A stretch of 64,000 nucleotides of DNA. Source: Azolla caroliniana (lineage: Eukaryota; Plantae; Polypodiophyta). Of the stretch, positions 1-12,656 are shown piece by piece. The notes under the pieces were generated by a model. It was not told the origin of the DNA and did no database searches. It saw only the letters and a list, made by a program, of their open reading frames with translations. A program made the position numbers and the translations under genes. The stretch's first letter is position 1. Each line of letters begins with the position of its first letter. Location: contig JBHGNT010000015.1 in assembly GCA_043228905.1 (NCBI GenBank), forward strand, positions 14,260,001 to 14,324,000, in the 5' to 3' direction.

Positions 1-237
1 TCTGGCAGGGAGATATTGCTAAGAGATTCGCTGCAGAATCCTTGTCCTCTAGTATGATTTGATAGAAGCCTTTACCAAGCAGTTGGACTTCTTTTATACC
101 AAGTACTTGTGAATGAAATTTAGCTTGTAGCATATCTCGCAACAATCCTTTATTTGGTCGTGAACCCATGTTTGTGCTATGTGTTCGATAGTGGCGATGT
201 TCAAAGTTTCCATGATTCACAAAGTCTGCCAATGTGT
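1..237 (-). pseudogene. Possible L1-type LINE ORF1 N-terminal fragment (DUF4283/RRM-like), running off the window start
   Basis: Manual minus-strand translation ...MGSRPNKGLLRDMLQAKFHSQVLGIKEVQLLGKGFYQIILEDKDSAANLLAISP resembles the plant LINE ORF1 pattern; short, not searched. Confidence 0.45.
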
Positions 238-332
238 TTGGGGGCTAGTAGTCGGATTTTTTTAAATTTTTTTTTGTTGAGTTTACGGGAACAGCCTCCC
301 CGCCGCCGCTACTTCATCCCTTTTTATTGTTA

Positions 333-920
333 GATAAAAAATATGAAGTTTTATGGGAACCTTTTATTTATTTACATATTTTTATTTATTTATTGTTTTA
401 TTAAAAAAAAAACCAAATACATTTAAGTTTTATATCTATTATAAAAATATTATTAGTGTGAGGTCCTCTTTTTAAAGTGAGATAAAAATATGAAATTTTA
501 TGGGAACCTTTTATTTATTTACATATTTTTATTTATTTTTGGTTTTATTAAAAGTAAAACAAATACATTAGAGTTTTATATATATTACACAAATATTATT
601 AGTGTGAGGTTCCATTTTTAATCTGAGATAACAATATGAAGTTTTATGGGAACCTTTTATTTATTTACATATGTTTATTTATTTTTTGTTTTACTAAAAA
701 ATAAAACAAATATATTTAAGTTTAATATCTATTATAAAAATATTATTGGTGTGAGATCCCCTTTTTAATTTGAAATAAAAATATCAATTTTTGTGGGAGA
801 GTAAAAAGTAAGGAATTAATGAACCTTTTATTTATTATTTATTAAAAATAAAACAAATACTTTTAAGTTTTCCATCTATTATATAAAAATATTATTTACT
901 ATAAGTCTTCTTTTTAATGT
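333..920. repeat. AT-rich tandem repeat, ~147-bp unit, ~4 copies
   Basis: GATAA(A/C)AATATGAA.TTTTATGGGAACCTTTTATT recurs at ~333, 481 and 627, with a degenerate copy at ~774. Confidence 0.9.
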
Positions 921-1610
921 GAAGTTAAATATCCCCTTTTTAATGTGAAAGTCTCTTTGTTATATGATATATCTAAGAAACTAAAAAGTATGAACTTATT
1001 TTCTTTTTTTAAATGAATATGTTTTCATGCATTCTTATGCGTATTCGTATGCATTCGTTTGGTAACCCCCATGAATGCGAATATGTCAATCTATGACTGC
1101 AAGTTTCAACTTGACTCAAGCTTATATTCGAGGTCAAGATTCCTTCTTGGCTTGGAGTTTCTTCTTTGCTCAAAGTTTCATCTCTCCCATGGACACTATA
1201 AGTGAAGGAAGGAGATGCTCAAAGATCTTGGAACACGTTCACGTTCACAAGTGGAAGGATTGCGCATTCCACTTGTAGAATATTCTTGAAACTATCCAAA
1301 TATACCCTCTCTACAAACATTGGATGCACTAGTATCACATGTTCCACAACTTGATTATAATTTGCAAATATAAAAATACATGATACGTCTATGAGTGGAG
1401 ATCATTAGAAATCATGCAAGTTTGGACGTGTTGATAAGTTAATGTACGCATAATAAAGTTCAACAATGGCTCAATATGTCACTAATGTGCGACATGGGTA
1501 ACACTAAGTTAAAGACTTATATTAATTTGGTAAGTGTTACAAAAATATGAGGTGTACTTGTAACCATACTAATAAAATGAATTATAATTTATACTTTGAC
1601 CCATACTTGC

Positions 1611-1887
1611 ATGTATATAATTGTGGACAATGTCGGATAATGCAGTTTAGGATAATGTGATTGGAATAACTAACTTATTAAAGTATTTAATACTTGTATT
1701 TAAAGTTGATCTAATCTATTCCTCAGTTTGTTTGTATGGGATCAAACCATATGTATATAATTGTGGACAATGTAAGGTAGTGAACTTTAGGATAATGTCG
1801 TGGAAATAACAAACCTATTAAGGCTTTCATAGCAATATTTAAAATTGATCTACTCTATTGCTTAGGTGATTCACACAGGATCAAACT
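1611..1887. repeat. Diverged tandem duplication of ~140 bp
   Basis: ATGTATATAATTGTGGACAATGT...GGATCAAAC at 1611 and ~1751. Confidence 0.8.
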
Positions 1888-2068
1888 CCGAACGATAACG
1901 CAAGTGGAACTACAAGCGTATAAAAACATGCGGATAACGCTAGTGGAACCATTATCAACACACTACACAATCTAAGCAGCAATGGAATAGAAACATAATA
2001 GTTTTAACAATAGAAGACAAAGATCCATAATAACAACATGGACAGTCATGGCAACAATTGTACGACCT

Positions 2069-3003
2069 GGATATGGCGATGATGAGTTCAGTTACCGGGT
2101 GTGGGATTTGGTCGACAAGAAGGTGTTCCGGAGTTGGGACATAGTCTTCATGGAAGACATGACCATTGCCGACTGGGAGTTGGAGAAGAAGATGATGAAC
2201 TCCGGATCAATCAATGAAAACCAGTTTGAGGAAAGAAGGACCTACCCGGTTGAAAACTGGATGTTGGCCGACAAGCGGAGGACACTCGACGAATTGGCCG
2301 GATACAGACAAGAAACCGAACCGACTGAAGAAGAAGAAGAAGAAGAAGAAGAAGAAGAAGAAGAAGAAGAAGAAGAAGACCCGGAACCAGACAAGATCCC
2401 AAATTAGATTAAGGTGAGAAACAGACGGAGGAACCGGTAGTTAGAAACCAAGGAGTGGTAAGCCGGTTCATGAGCAATCCCGGAAGAGAGCATTGGAACG
2501 CGGTCAAATGGATACTCCGGTATTTGAAAGGCCCGTTGAGTATGTGCCTCTGGTTTGGCTTTAGTAATCCCCAAATTGACGGATTCACGGATTTAGATAT
2601 GTCGGTTGATGCGGATACTAGCCGGTTTACATCCGGATATGTCATGACTTATGTAGGGGGAGCTGTTTCGTGGCAGTCGAGGCTCCAGAAGATGGTTGCA
2701 TTGTGACCCATGGAGGCGGAGTACATCGTAGTTGTAGAAGCTAGCAAGGAGATAATCTGGATGAAGGACTTCATCGGAGAGTTAGGAATCCAACAAGAGG
2801 AATACCGGCTCTACTACGATAGTCAAAGTGCCATCCACCTTGCAAAGAACATGGTCTACCATTCCCGGACAAAACATATCAAGCGAAGGTACCATTGGAT
2901 CTGGGAGAGAGTAGAAGATCAGGAGTTCGTGCTGACGAAGATCCACACGGAGGAGAACGAGTCGGACATGTTGACCAAGGTGCTGACAATAGACAAGTTG
3001 GAC
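2069..3003 (+). mobile_element. Ty1/copia pol fragment (integrase C-term joined to RT end/RNase H; most of RT deleted), related to element C
   Basis: GYGDDEFSYRVWD, HWNAVKWILRYLKG, EAEY...HSRTKHI...DMLTK; ORFs 2048-2407, 2455-2706, 2710-3114. Confidence 0.9.
2327..2377 (+). repeat. (GAA)17 microsatellite giving poly-Glu in the copia INT-RT linker
   Basis: Direct reading of the sequence. Confidence 0.95.
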
Positions 3004-3007
3004 CCGT

Positions 3008-3450
3008 TGTTGTGTCGATCTCAACTTACGAGAGCAAATGAAAAGAAAATCGTGAATCTGAGAAGTAAACATCAGGCTTCTTGTCAAAGAAAGACTGAGG
3101 AGAAATGGAAATAACTTGTATTGATATTTGAAGATGATTACAAAATATTCCTTGTACAATAATATAGCTTGTCCTTCCTATTGCAATAATATTCCTTGTC
3201 TCATGTTCTCCCCTTTCACTCTTTTCCCTTTCCCTCTTTAAATAGGTGCCCCCATGCATATGATGCATGTGAGGGTACAAGACATGCATGTAGTGCATGA
3301 AATGAAGCAAATCCTTCACGACACCTAAACCCCCACACACTCCTATTCATCAAGGCCTCACACTTTATATAACCTTTTACAAACATTTGAATAAGCTCAT
3401 ATAAATTGGTAGAGGTTATTTTCTCATCGTGGCATGGAAATGTCACGACA
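3008..3450 (-). repeat. Element A 3' LTR
   Basis: Direct repeat of 9225-9638; TG...CA ends; PPT adjacent. Confidence 0.9.
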
Positions 3451-3499
3451 TCATCCCCCTCTAGACCTGCGCATCCTCTGGCATGCACCAATCAATGTC

Positions 3500-6400
3500 T
3501 CCTTCTTCAGCTTCATGGATATTATCTTCATTGAGGAAGTGAGTGCTTTGATCTTCCCTTCTCTTGAATAGCTTAATTCGCTTTCCTGCAATTGGTAACT
3601 TTCAAGAAACGCCGTCCATTTCAGTTAGGAAATACGTTGCATTTTTATTCACTTGTCTAATGATATATGGCCCGAACCATCTTTTGGCAAATTTGCGAGA
3701 AGTACTATGTTGGTTATCTAAACTGCTAGCATAAACTATGACCCAATCCCCTTCTGGGAGCTTTCTTGGTCGAAAGCGATTGGTTTTATCAAATCTTTCT
3801 TTGTTCCGTAGTCGACATTGCTTCATCCTTTCTGTAGCTATTTGAACATCTTCATCCCTTCTTTCTAGCTGTCTTGTTCTAAGAGCAAGCAAATCTTCTC
3901 GACTCATTTCATCTGCCCATGGCAAAGAAAACTAGGAAAATACCGATTGTTCTATTGACATAATTGGCTTTTGACCAAGTATAAATTCTGATGGCATAAA
4001 GCCAGTTACGGAACTGTGAGTAGTGCGGTCAGCCCATAGTGCATACGGTAACAGATGAGGCCAATTAGCTATCTTGCCATCACAAGCTTTCACCAAAGCT
4101 TTTACTATATGGCTATGTCCATGCTCCGCCTTCCCATTAGCTTCAGGGTTATATGTCGTAGATAAGGACAGTCAAATTCCCATTCTTGAAAAAAATTGTT
4201 CAGCTTAGTTAGAATCTAATTCTCCTATGTCTGCAACAATCTTCCCAATGCACCCATACCTAAATATCACATCTTCAAGAAGGAACTTACAAACAACTGA
4301 AGTGGTTTTTTGGCGTAGGGCTCGGCCTTCCACTTGATTTGTCAAATCTTCTCTTGCCAATACAAGATATCTCATTTGCCAAACCCCCACATGCATCATT
4401 ACAATATCCACAACCCCTTTATAATGTAGAGATAAAGAATAAGTAGGTTGCAACCCATCACGATGCCAAATATTCGAATACATTTGGTAGTTCTCACATG
4501 ATTGTACATAATCTGCAACATCAGTATATATTCCAACCCACCAAAACTTCTCTTTTAATTTCGAGAAGGTGGCCCAAACTCCACGATGACTTGCCCATAA
4601 AGTATCATGAAATTCAAATATTAGTTTTTGTTGCTCTTCCCTTCTTCCAACCACTCAAGTATTTATAAGCTTTTGGATGTCTCCAAAGATATCCCTCGTG
4701 AAGAAAAAATTTATAAGCTTTCTTTCTAATTTTATGAAATAACTCCCTTGACCATGTTCCATTTTTCTCATGAGTACTCAAGTATTTTCCAATTTGTAAT
4801 ATCTCCCCCTCGTACTCAGATTCACGAAGAATCACATGACCCCTTCAAGTTACAATTTATTGAAAAGAAATCAAAAGTCTCATCTTCTTCATCAGTCATT
4901 ACCATAGTATTTTTACCTTTAAACATCTCTCTTGAGAGCATATCGACAACTAGGTTATCCGTTCCTGCAATGTGCTTGATTTTAGGACATAGTGATTTTA
5001 TGTAAGCTATCCATCTAAGCATAGCTATATCAAATGTTTCACAACTTGAAATCATTCCTAACAATGGACGACAATCTGTTTCAACCACAACTTCAGCACC
5101 AATTAAGTATTCACGATCTGTTTTAATAGCTGTTAACATACCCCGTAACTCTCTTTTAATATGTGGGTAAGCTCTTTGGCGTTCTGTTAAGATTTTTGCA
5201 CCAAATCGAACTGCGTATCTCAACCCATCCTTCTCTTCTTGGCTAACAGCCCAACCGATCCCGATTGGACTTGTATCCATAGTAACAATGATGGGGTGTT
5301 CACTATCATACCTAGCCTTCCATAAAACAGGGGCATTCAACAACATTTCCTTTAGTTGGCTAATTGCATTTGTATGTACATTAGTCCAAAGGAAACTTGA
5401 ATTCTTCTTAAGCAACCCATAAAGCGAATCAGTCACATGTGCGAAATGTGGAATCCAAATTCGGTAAAACACACAAGCACCCAAAAACCTACGCACTTCT
5501 GTTAGAGATTTACAATCATCCTTCAGATTTTGAATTGCATTTACCATAATTGGGGATGGCTTTCTTCCGTAGGGTCCACACATGTGCCCTACAATCAGAA
5601 CTTCGGGAACCCCAAACGTAGATTTTTGACCTGAAAATGTAAGATGAACCTCTTCTAACCTTGAAAGGATTCTTTCACAAGCATCAATGTGGTCTGCAAC
5701 AAACTTTCTACATTTGTTCGGCATGAGTTTTTCATTCTTCTTATTCATCGAGCATCCTTTAATTGGAACATCATCTAGAAAAGGCATAGTTATTTTTGGC
5801 ACAAAATCTCTTAAAATTTTATTCATAGCATTCACCATATGTGCCACTGAATTTGTAGTACCTTGAGGCAATGTACACATTCGCATCAATCCAATTGGTG
5901 TTCTTATAGTAGTTATATCACGAATATCAATAGCAAGTTGAAATTGATCATATCTTGAATACAAATCACACATAGAATATATAGCCCTTCCTGCGAAAGC
6001 TTCTCCAAAGGCATCTACAATCGGTCCAACACCGACGTTTCGAATAGTAACTCTATTGACAGGCTGTAAATCCTGAATGAACCTTAATGAACTGTTCTTT
6101 TTAGGTACAATAAACCACTTATTCGAGTAGGGGGCATCTGATGGCTCCAAGATACTAATTTCTATTTTTTCCTTAAGCAAAGCTATTACTTGTGGTATTT
6201 GGGGCCGAGGAACAAGGATAGACCTTAAATTCCAAGGAATATGCGGAATTGTAAATATAATCATTGGTTCCACAACTGTTGAGTCTACACAACCAATTTC
6301 ACTCGACTCAAATTCAAATGCTTTCCCATGACTAGCAATCATATTTCGAAAACATTGTATCTCAACAGGCAAAAGAAAATCATTCTCACCAATTTTTAGT

Positions 6401-7004
6401 TCATCTAGAATAGCATTTGTAAACTTATGACCAATATCCTTAGAATCCTGCAATATTGGCTCAAACGCGACATTCTTTTTCATTTTAGTACTATCCATAG
6501 GTAGATGCATGGCCACGGGCTTTACCTTTTTGTCTATTGTTTTATATTTAGTGTTAACTTTTATTGCATAGTTATTTTTACTTGCTTTTTTAGCCATTTC
6601 ATGATAGCTATTGCCAACTATCTCACTATTTGCTATACAACCATTTTTTTCAATAAAATCAGCAATATGAAGGCGCATATCACCAGAATTTACATGAACA
6701 AATCTCTTTTCGCATTCTTTCTCATTTAAGAAATTTTCTAATATTTTGACTATATCCACATCTAAATATTCAAGAAACATACCAGAAATTATGTCATCCC
6801 TTTCAATCATCCCTAAACTACACAATGCATCCAACATCTTCCTGCTCCCTTTATTTTGTGCATGACTTTCCACACCAAAGTAACAGGTAAATCCATCCAT
6901 TGTATTAGACAAAGTATTGATTGTTTTATTAATTGGAAAACATTTTTGCAAGGAAAGAAAAGCTTTGGGACCATTGTGTCCCTGCCCATCAATGATCTTA
7001 TTTA
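3500..7004 (-). pseudogene. pol: Element A RT-RNaseH-integrase (disrupted)
   Basis: ORF 4822-6951 (DLYSRYDQ, LPQG, FLDD, DTSPIGIG); integrase pieces 4205-4654 and 3602-3925. Confidence 0.92.
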
Positions 7005-7011
7005 AAAATCC
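6948..7011 (-). promoter_or_regulatory. Predicted -1 frameshift cassette of A (G_GAU_UUU plus pseudoknot)
   Basis: GGATTTT-TAA; stem 1 GATCATTG/CAATGGTC; loop GCAGGGA pairs with TCCTTGC; -1 frame open into ORF 4822-6951. Confidence 0.8.
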
Positions 7012-9188
7012 AACTCATAAGATGACATATCATGCTCACATGAGTTAATTCGTAATTCTTCTTTATTTCTATCATGCTCCTGCCTAACAATAAGAAATTG
7101 AACACTTCTTTTACCATCGGTACTTCGAATCCTAGCATATGCCGAACCATCTTCAAGCACCTTCGTCTCCATCCTAGAAGATGTGATGTATGGTTGACCA
7201 AGAATCACTAGGTATGACGAGGTCTTTTGGATAATTTAAGAAATGTTGCTCCATTAGCACATCTCCAATGGTGACTTTGATGTTTGGGCAAGTTCCATGA
7301 AGTTGCTTGGTCGTTGAATTAGCCGACTTTACCCTCCATCCATGATTTGTTTCCATTGGCCATCCACCTTTCCTATAAATATCATAAGAAATTAGATTAA
7401 TTTCTGAGCCATGGTCAATTAAGGCCATGACCGGATCTTCAAGTTTTTCAATCTTCCGAGTGTCTCAGTTGTTGCTCTGGCCCAATGTTTCTTAGCATAG
7501 TAGCTTTTTAGCTCTTTCGGCTTCTCTTCAAAAGTTGTCATCGCAATAGCGTGTGTACCAACAATGGAAGAGCTTGGTTCACCTTTGAGGACTTCCACCG
7601 TTGCTTTCTTTATTTCACTTCTTGGGTTTTTGGCGGCTTCAATACTTTGTCGTTTTCTTTTAATTCCATCTATTATTGCATCATGAAATTCTTTTTTCGC
7701 TATGCCCAAAAGTTCGGGCTCAAGGAAAGTTCCACTTTGCTATCTAAAATTCTTTCTTCCAATACTTTTTTTAAATCAGTTGAAGCTTCAATATCAGATA
7801 ATAATTTGAATGAGGGACTCTTCTTATCCTTACCTTTTTCAATGTCAGGCTTTACCATTTTTGGACTTTCTGTCTCTCTCTTTTTAGCGCTTCTTAGCTC
7901 CCTCTTCTTGTTATCCTCATTTTCCGCCCATTTCTGTTTCTCTTCGATGATCACTTCATGAGCTTGGGTTGTCGCAACCTTTGCGAAAGGTGAGAGGCTA
8001 TCCACAGGGTCTTCCCGACCAGTTTTGCTTCGGACAGCATCACCTCCAGACTTCAACTTTTCAAACTCAATTTTTACCCTTTCTTGCAGCTTTCAGAATA
8101 CACGGCCAAAATTCAGATTTAGATCCTCCTTCACCAACATGGATGATTGTAGTTGTAGGTTGATAGACAACTTGTGTCCTAGTAATTTCCGCATCTTCGA
8201 TGATCCTTCTCATACCACCTCTTCTAAAGTTAGTTCGGAGAGGTAATCGAGTTTCAGAAGAATGAATCTTACCATCTTTGAAGAATATCACCCCTCTTTC
8301 TATCGCTTCTTGATAGTTATCACACCCTCCTCTTTCATAATTTTTTTGGGGTTTTGAGGATTTTTCTTCTTGTAGCTAATGACAGATCTTTTATACCTTT
8401 GATAAGATCGTCCATCAATGTTTCGGGTACCATGGAAATAGTTGATGGACTACTAGTATCCTCCCTGATGGTTGTCTTCACTTCATCTTTCATACCTCGG
8501 CAATTGAAAGATCCTCACACCATTGGGCTCTTTTGCTGATTCTGTTGCAAGCTTCATGTACTCGATTCCAATCAGACACTAGTCCAGTGGGTGTAGTCTA
8601 ATCTTCAAGGAACACAACTAATTTTTCTCGATAGGATCAATCCGATGCCTTCAAGAATAATATGACCTTCTCTTGCTCCAAAAGATTCCTTTCAGTTGTT
8701 GTTAATTGATTATAACGAGCTTCAAACTCTTTCAACAACTCCATCATCGAAATCTTCTTGTCCTCTTTGTCCACCCAATCCAAGAAACTCCTCCTTGATG
8801 CTCGGATTGTATCACCAAGCATGTATTTTTTTAATAAAGCTTGCTCAAATGCAACCCAATTATTAGAACTTGTTGCAAGTTCAGAGATTCTATTTCTCAA
8901 AGGGAGTTCAACCATCCTCACAAAATTCATTTGAACATCATGTTGATTTAATCCTTTACTACCCATCTCAGTAACATATACTTGTAAGAATTTAGTTATA
9001 TCTTTACCTTCAAAGAGACCTATTTTCCCTACGAGCTTGTCAATAGCATGATCGATTCGTTGAAGAGCAGTTGCACATTCTTGGCTTTGCATCATTCTTT
9101 CAATCATTTGAAGCACCATGTTGTTTTGTAGCTCCACAACGACTTCTTGGTTGATTCGTGGCTCCGAGACTGCTTGTTGGTTCTCCAT
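7002..9188 (-). pseudogene. gag: Element A Gag-protease (frameshifted)
   Basis: ORFs 8637-9188, 7700-8056, 7419-7709, 7174-7428 (ALIDHGSEINL), 7002-7208; homologous to B, D and H. Confidence 0.88.
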
Positions 9189-9205
9189 CTCTCTTAACTT
9201 CCCGC

Positions 9206-9223
9206 TTCACGTCGGGTTCACCA
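9206..9223 (-). promoter_or_regulatory. Primer-binding site complementary to tRNA-Trp 3' end
   Basis: TGGTGAACCCGACGTGAA next to the 5' LTR; matches recalled plant tRNA-Trp end TTCACGTCGGGTTCA-CCA; same PBS at 12624 and 57250. Confidence 0.88.
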
Positions 9224-9224
9224 C

Positions 9225-9638
9225 TATCGCGTCGATCTCAATGTACGAGAGCAAACGAAAAGAAAATCGTGAATGCGGGAAGTAAGCACCGGGCTTTTTG
9301 TCAAAGAAAGAGGAGAAACGGAAATAACTTGTATTGATATTTGAAGATGATTACAAAATATTTCTTGTACAATGATATTGCAATGATATTCCTCGTCTCA
9401 TGTTCTCCCCTTTCACTCTTTTCCCTTTCCCTCTTTAAATAGGTGCCCCCATGCATATGATGCATGTGAGGGTACAAGACATGCATGAAATGAAGCAAAT
9501 CCTTCACGACACCTAAACCCCCACACACTCGTATTCATCGAGGCCTCGCACTTTATATAACCTTTTACAAACATTTGAATAAGCTCATACAAATTGGTAG
9601 AGGGTATTTTCTCATTGTGGCATGGAAATGTCACGACA
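9225..9638 (-). repeat. Element A 5' LTR
   Basis: Repeat of 3008-3450 with indels; followed by PBS on the minus strand. Confidence 0.9.
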
Positions 9639-10624
9639 CCGGTTTTCCACAGTACCCGCATTCGATCAGGTTGTTATGATTGCTCGGTCCGGCGTGATCA
9701 CCAATGACTCCCCCTTCTACCAAACTCTCTGGGACTGTTCCTGTCTGCTTGCCAGTGGTGGGAGTTACGCTCTTGTGTCTGCCGACCATTACGGCCTTGT
9801 TCGGATCGATCTCTATTTCCACGACTGAAATTTCCTCTACCCTCTGGTGTGTTGCTCCATTGTCGGGCATGATTTTCCTCCACCAACAATATTGATTGGA
9901 GATCGAAAAATGAAGGAGGGTTCTCCCTTGCAAGGATGGCCGATCTAATCGAGCCAAATCGGGGTGCTAAGTCGCTGAGGCATATTTGCACCATCTTGTC
10001 ATCGTCGATTACGACAGTAATCAAACTAAGGGCATCGCACAACTCCTTGATCTTTAAGGTATAGACGGTGATTGACATGTCCCTCTGTTGCATGTTGTTT
10101 AGCTCCTGTCGAAGTTGGAGCTTTCGTGTAGCCGTGTTGGCCGCAAAAATTTTCTTGAGATTTCCCTGAGCTTCTTGCGGTGTTTTCGAATCTCGAGTAT
10201 AGCCAAGCATATGATCATGAACACATGATGCAATGCAGTACAACACACAACTTGCAACTTGCTCCCAATCGGGATAGTCGGCATGGCATGTGTTGGGTTG
10301 GGTTGAGTTTCGTGAGCTCCTTCAATGTAGCTCCAGTAACCTTGTCCGACAAGGTATTGATGCATCTTGTATTCCCAAGATGCAAAATTCGTTCTGTCAA
10401 GCTTCTCGGTAGGAAGAGTGCTTCCCATCCGAGTGTTCATTATGTTGATTTCTTCTCTGTTGTTGAGTCGGTTCTATTGATCGTCAGCGTGTACCAGAAC
10501 ACAATTGAATAGATTCGATTAAGCAACCACTCACTCTGATACTATGTAAAGGAATGAGGACCAAGAGTGGCTGAGATGCAGCGGAAGGACTATATGTGTG
10601 AGTGTGAGTGTATGCACGTAAGGA

Positions 10625-10681
<57 letters not shown>

Positions 10682-10859
10682 AAGATTGTTTGTTACATTA
10701 ACCAAAATACTTCCAACAGTAACTAAGTTACAAGGGGTTGGTTTAAATACCAACTAAGCTAGGGTAAGTGCCCTTTCTACTATTTACAAAACTAGCCTGG
10801 TATGTCCACGAGCTAGTGTGAAACCTATTGTTATGGGAAGTTGAGTTCGACTCTCAACA
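9639..10859 (-). mobile_element. Element J: Ty1/copia 5' part (LTR 10545-10859 containing (GA)n, degenerate Met PBS, gag cut at the zinc knuckle)
   Basis: EKLDRTNFASWEYKM, ARKLQLRQEL, CGYCGKP; PBS TAGTATCAGAG at ~10533-10544. Confidence 0.88.
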
Positions 10860-11659
10860 ACCCGGATAAAGCAAAGGCCATTTTGGAAGCTCCAGCCCTA
10901 GCAAATGCCAAAGCATTAAATCGGTTTTGGCTGACTTCGCCACCCCATTACATGCGGTTGTACACCGAAATCCATTCCAATGGACGGAGCAAGAAGATAA
11001 GGCATACCACGCATTGAAGGTGATGTTGTCACAAGCTCTGGTTGTGCAACCTCCGGATTGGACCAAGGATTTTCATGTGTTCGTGGATGCGTCCGATATA
11101 GCTATCGATAGTGTTCTCATGCAGCTTACTGAACCAAGGTGGTACCGGCCGGTGTAATACGCCAGCCGGAAACTCTCGAAGGCCGAACGGAACCACTCTA
11201 CTATGGAGAGAGAGGCCCTAGGGATGATCTATAGTGTAACAAAGTATCGCCATTACCTCCTAGGATGGAAATTTTCTATTCATGTGGATCATTCAGCGCT
11301 GTTATACTTGGTCTCGAAAGCATCCTTAACCAGGAAACCAACATGGTGGACATTGTTACTACAAGAGATTGAATTTGAGATATACCACCAGCCAGGAGTG
11401 CAACATGTGGGGTAGCTAACTATTTGAGCCAGTTATAGTCTGGTGAAGTAGGGGATGGAGTCCGGGATGAGTTCCCAAATGTAGAGCTATTTGAAGTCAC
11501 CGCAAACCCAGGCGTCAATGAAATGGTGGCCAGTGACAATAAAAGGCTCACTAACATGCATAAGTTCCTGAGCACCGAATTGCCTCCGGAAGAATTGAAC
11601 CGGGACGAACAGAAATGGTTGGCAGTCCAAAGCCGTCATTTTTGTTTATTATAGGACGC

Positions 11660-12617
11660 TCTCGTGAAGATTTTCGACAACATTGTGAAAATCGCGTGGA
11701 ATGAGGAAATTCGAGAAGGTGTAATGTGCACACGTATGAAAGGAGTGATCGTTACACATGTATGTTAACACGTTAATGTGCACATGTGATGTGTGTTTAG
11801 GTGTTCATTACACAAATATATAAAATAAGCCTAACGCATACAATAAGGTGCAAGTAAGGGTTTGAACCTTACACCTCTAAAATAGGAAGCAATTGACATA
11901 CCATTAGACTAGGTTATTTCCATTAAAACTTATTTTCTTCATTCTATGTTTTACACGAACTGCTGGTACATGAGAGCTTGGATGAGGTACATGGTCATTA
12001 TGCATCTCATGTGATGCATGAGCGCCAAATGGCAATCATGCATTTCATGCATGTACTACACCCTCACATGCACATATGCATGGGGGCATCTATATAAGAA
12101 GGAGAGGAAGGGAAAGGAAATGAAACAATGTATGCAATCAATAATAATTAATAAATCTTAGTTATCTCATTGGCAATGTGTCTTGTATCTCAACTTCGAA
12201 GTCAAAAGTTCAAATCAGGAATTCGTCCCATCCGTGTCAATCTATCAATCTATCTTTAATACTTCTCGCATGCGCTAGTCCTTCCGCCGTTCCATTGTCT
12301 TGAATGATCCTTTCGATCCTCCATCACCACTTGCGGATAACGGCCGGTGCTTGTCTACGCACGTGTAACACGCACATCTCGACGTTTGGCACGTGTGTCA
12401 CGTGCTTCATGACATCTTTGTGGTGTGGTAAATATTTTCTCAATATCTCTCTCTCTCTTAGCCAACCCACACAAGCATCTCGACAACAAGAATGACTCGA
12501 TTGAAAACCTAAACGATGGTCGATTCCTTACAAGCACAAGTCAGCCGATTCATCCTCCTTGGTCAAAGACCCCAGTGGTCCTGTTCGACCGACCCGTAGG
12601 CGTGGATTTCCGCGACA
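11660..12617 (+). repeat. Element B 5' LTR (~958 bp)
   Basis: Matches 37451-38245; ends CGACA before the PBS; TATA-like TATATAA at ~12091. Confidence 0.9.
11847..11915 (-). promoter_or_regulatory. tRNA-like A-box/B-box module, antisense in the U3 of B
   Basis: TAGTCTAATGG...TAAGG-TTCAAAC-CCTTA (perfect T-arm); related modules at ~37480-37550, 39133-39209, 50740-50807 and 56640-56705. Confidence 0.65.
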
Positions 12618-12656
12618 TAGATTTGGTGAACCCGACGTGAAGAACGGCAAGGGAGG

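Larger units (their letters stand above)
3008..9638 (-). mobile_element. Element A: degenerate Ty3/gypsy LTR retrotransposon, tRNA-Trp PBS (Phygy-like)
   Basis: LTRs 3008-3450 and 9225-9638; PBS 9206-9223; PPT AGAGGGGGATGA next to 3451; gag-PR-RT-RH-INT order; flanks CCGT/CCGG do not match. Confidence 0.93.

Noticed and set aside
333-920. Shared ~146-147-bp period with the 52.6-53.4 kb array as nucleosome positioning
   Set aside because: Unrelated sequences and only two arrays; coincidence cannot be excluded
1075-1278. 67-aa ORF as a host gene
   Set aside because: No motif, no splice context and no other support
2211-2417. Poly-Leu and poly-Lys ORFs
   Set aside because: Alternative frames of the (GAA)n tract
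11847-11915. Functional tRNA gene
   Set aside because: No convincing acceptor or anticodon stem; only A/B boxes and a T-arm, so reported as a tRNA-like module
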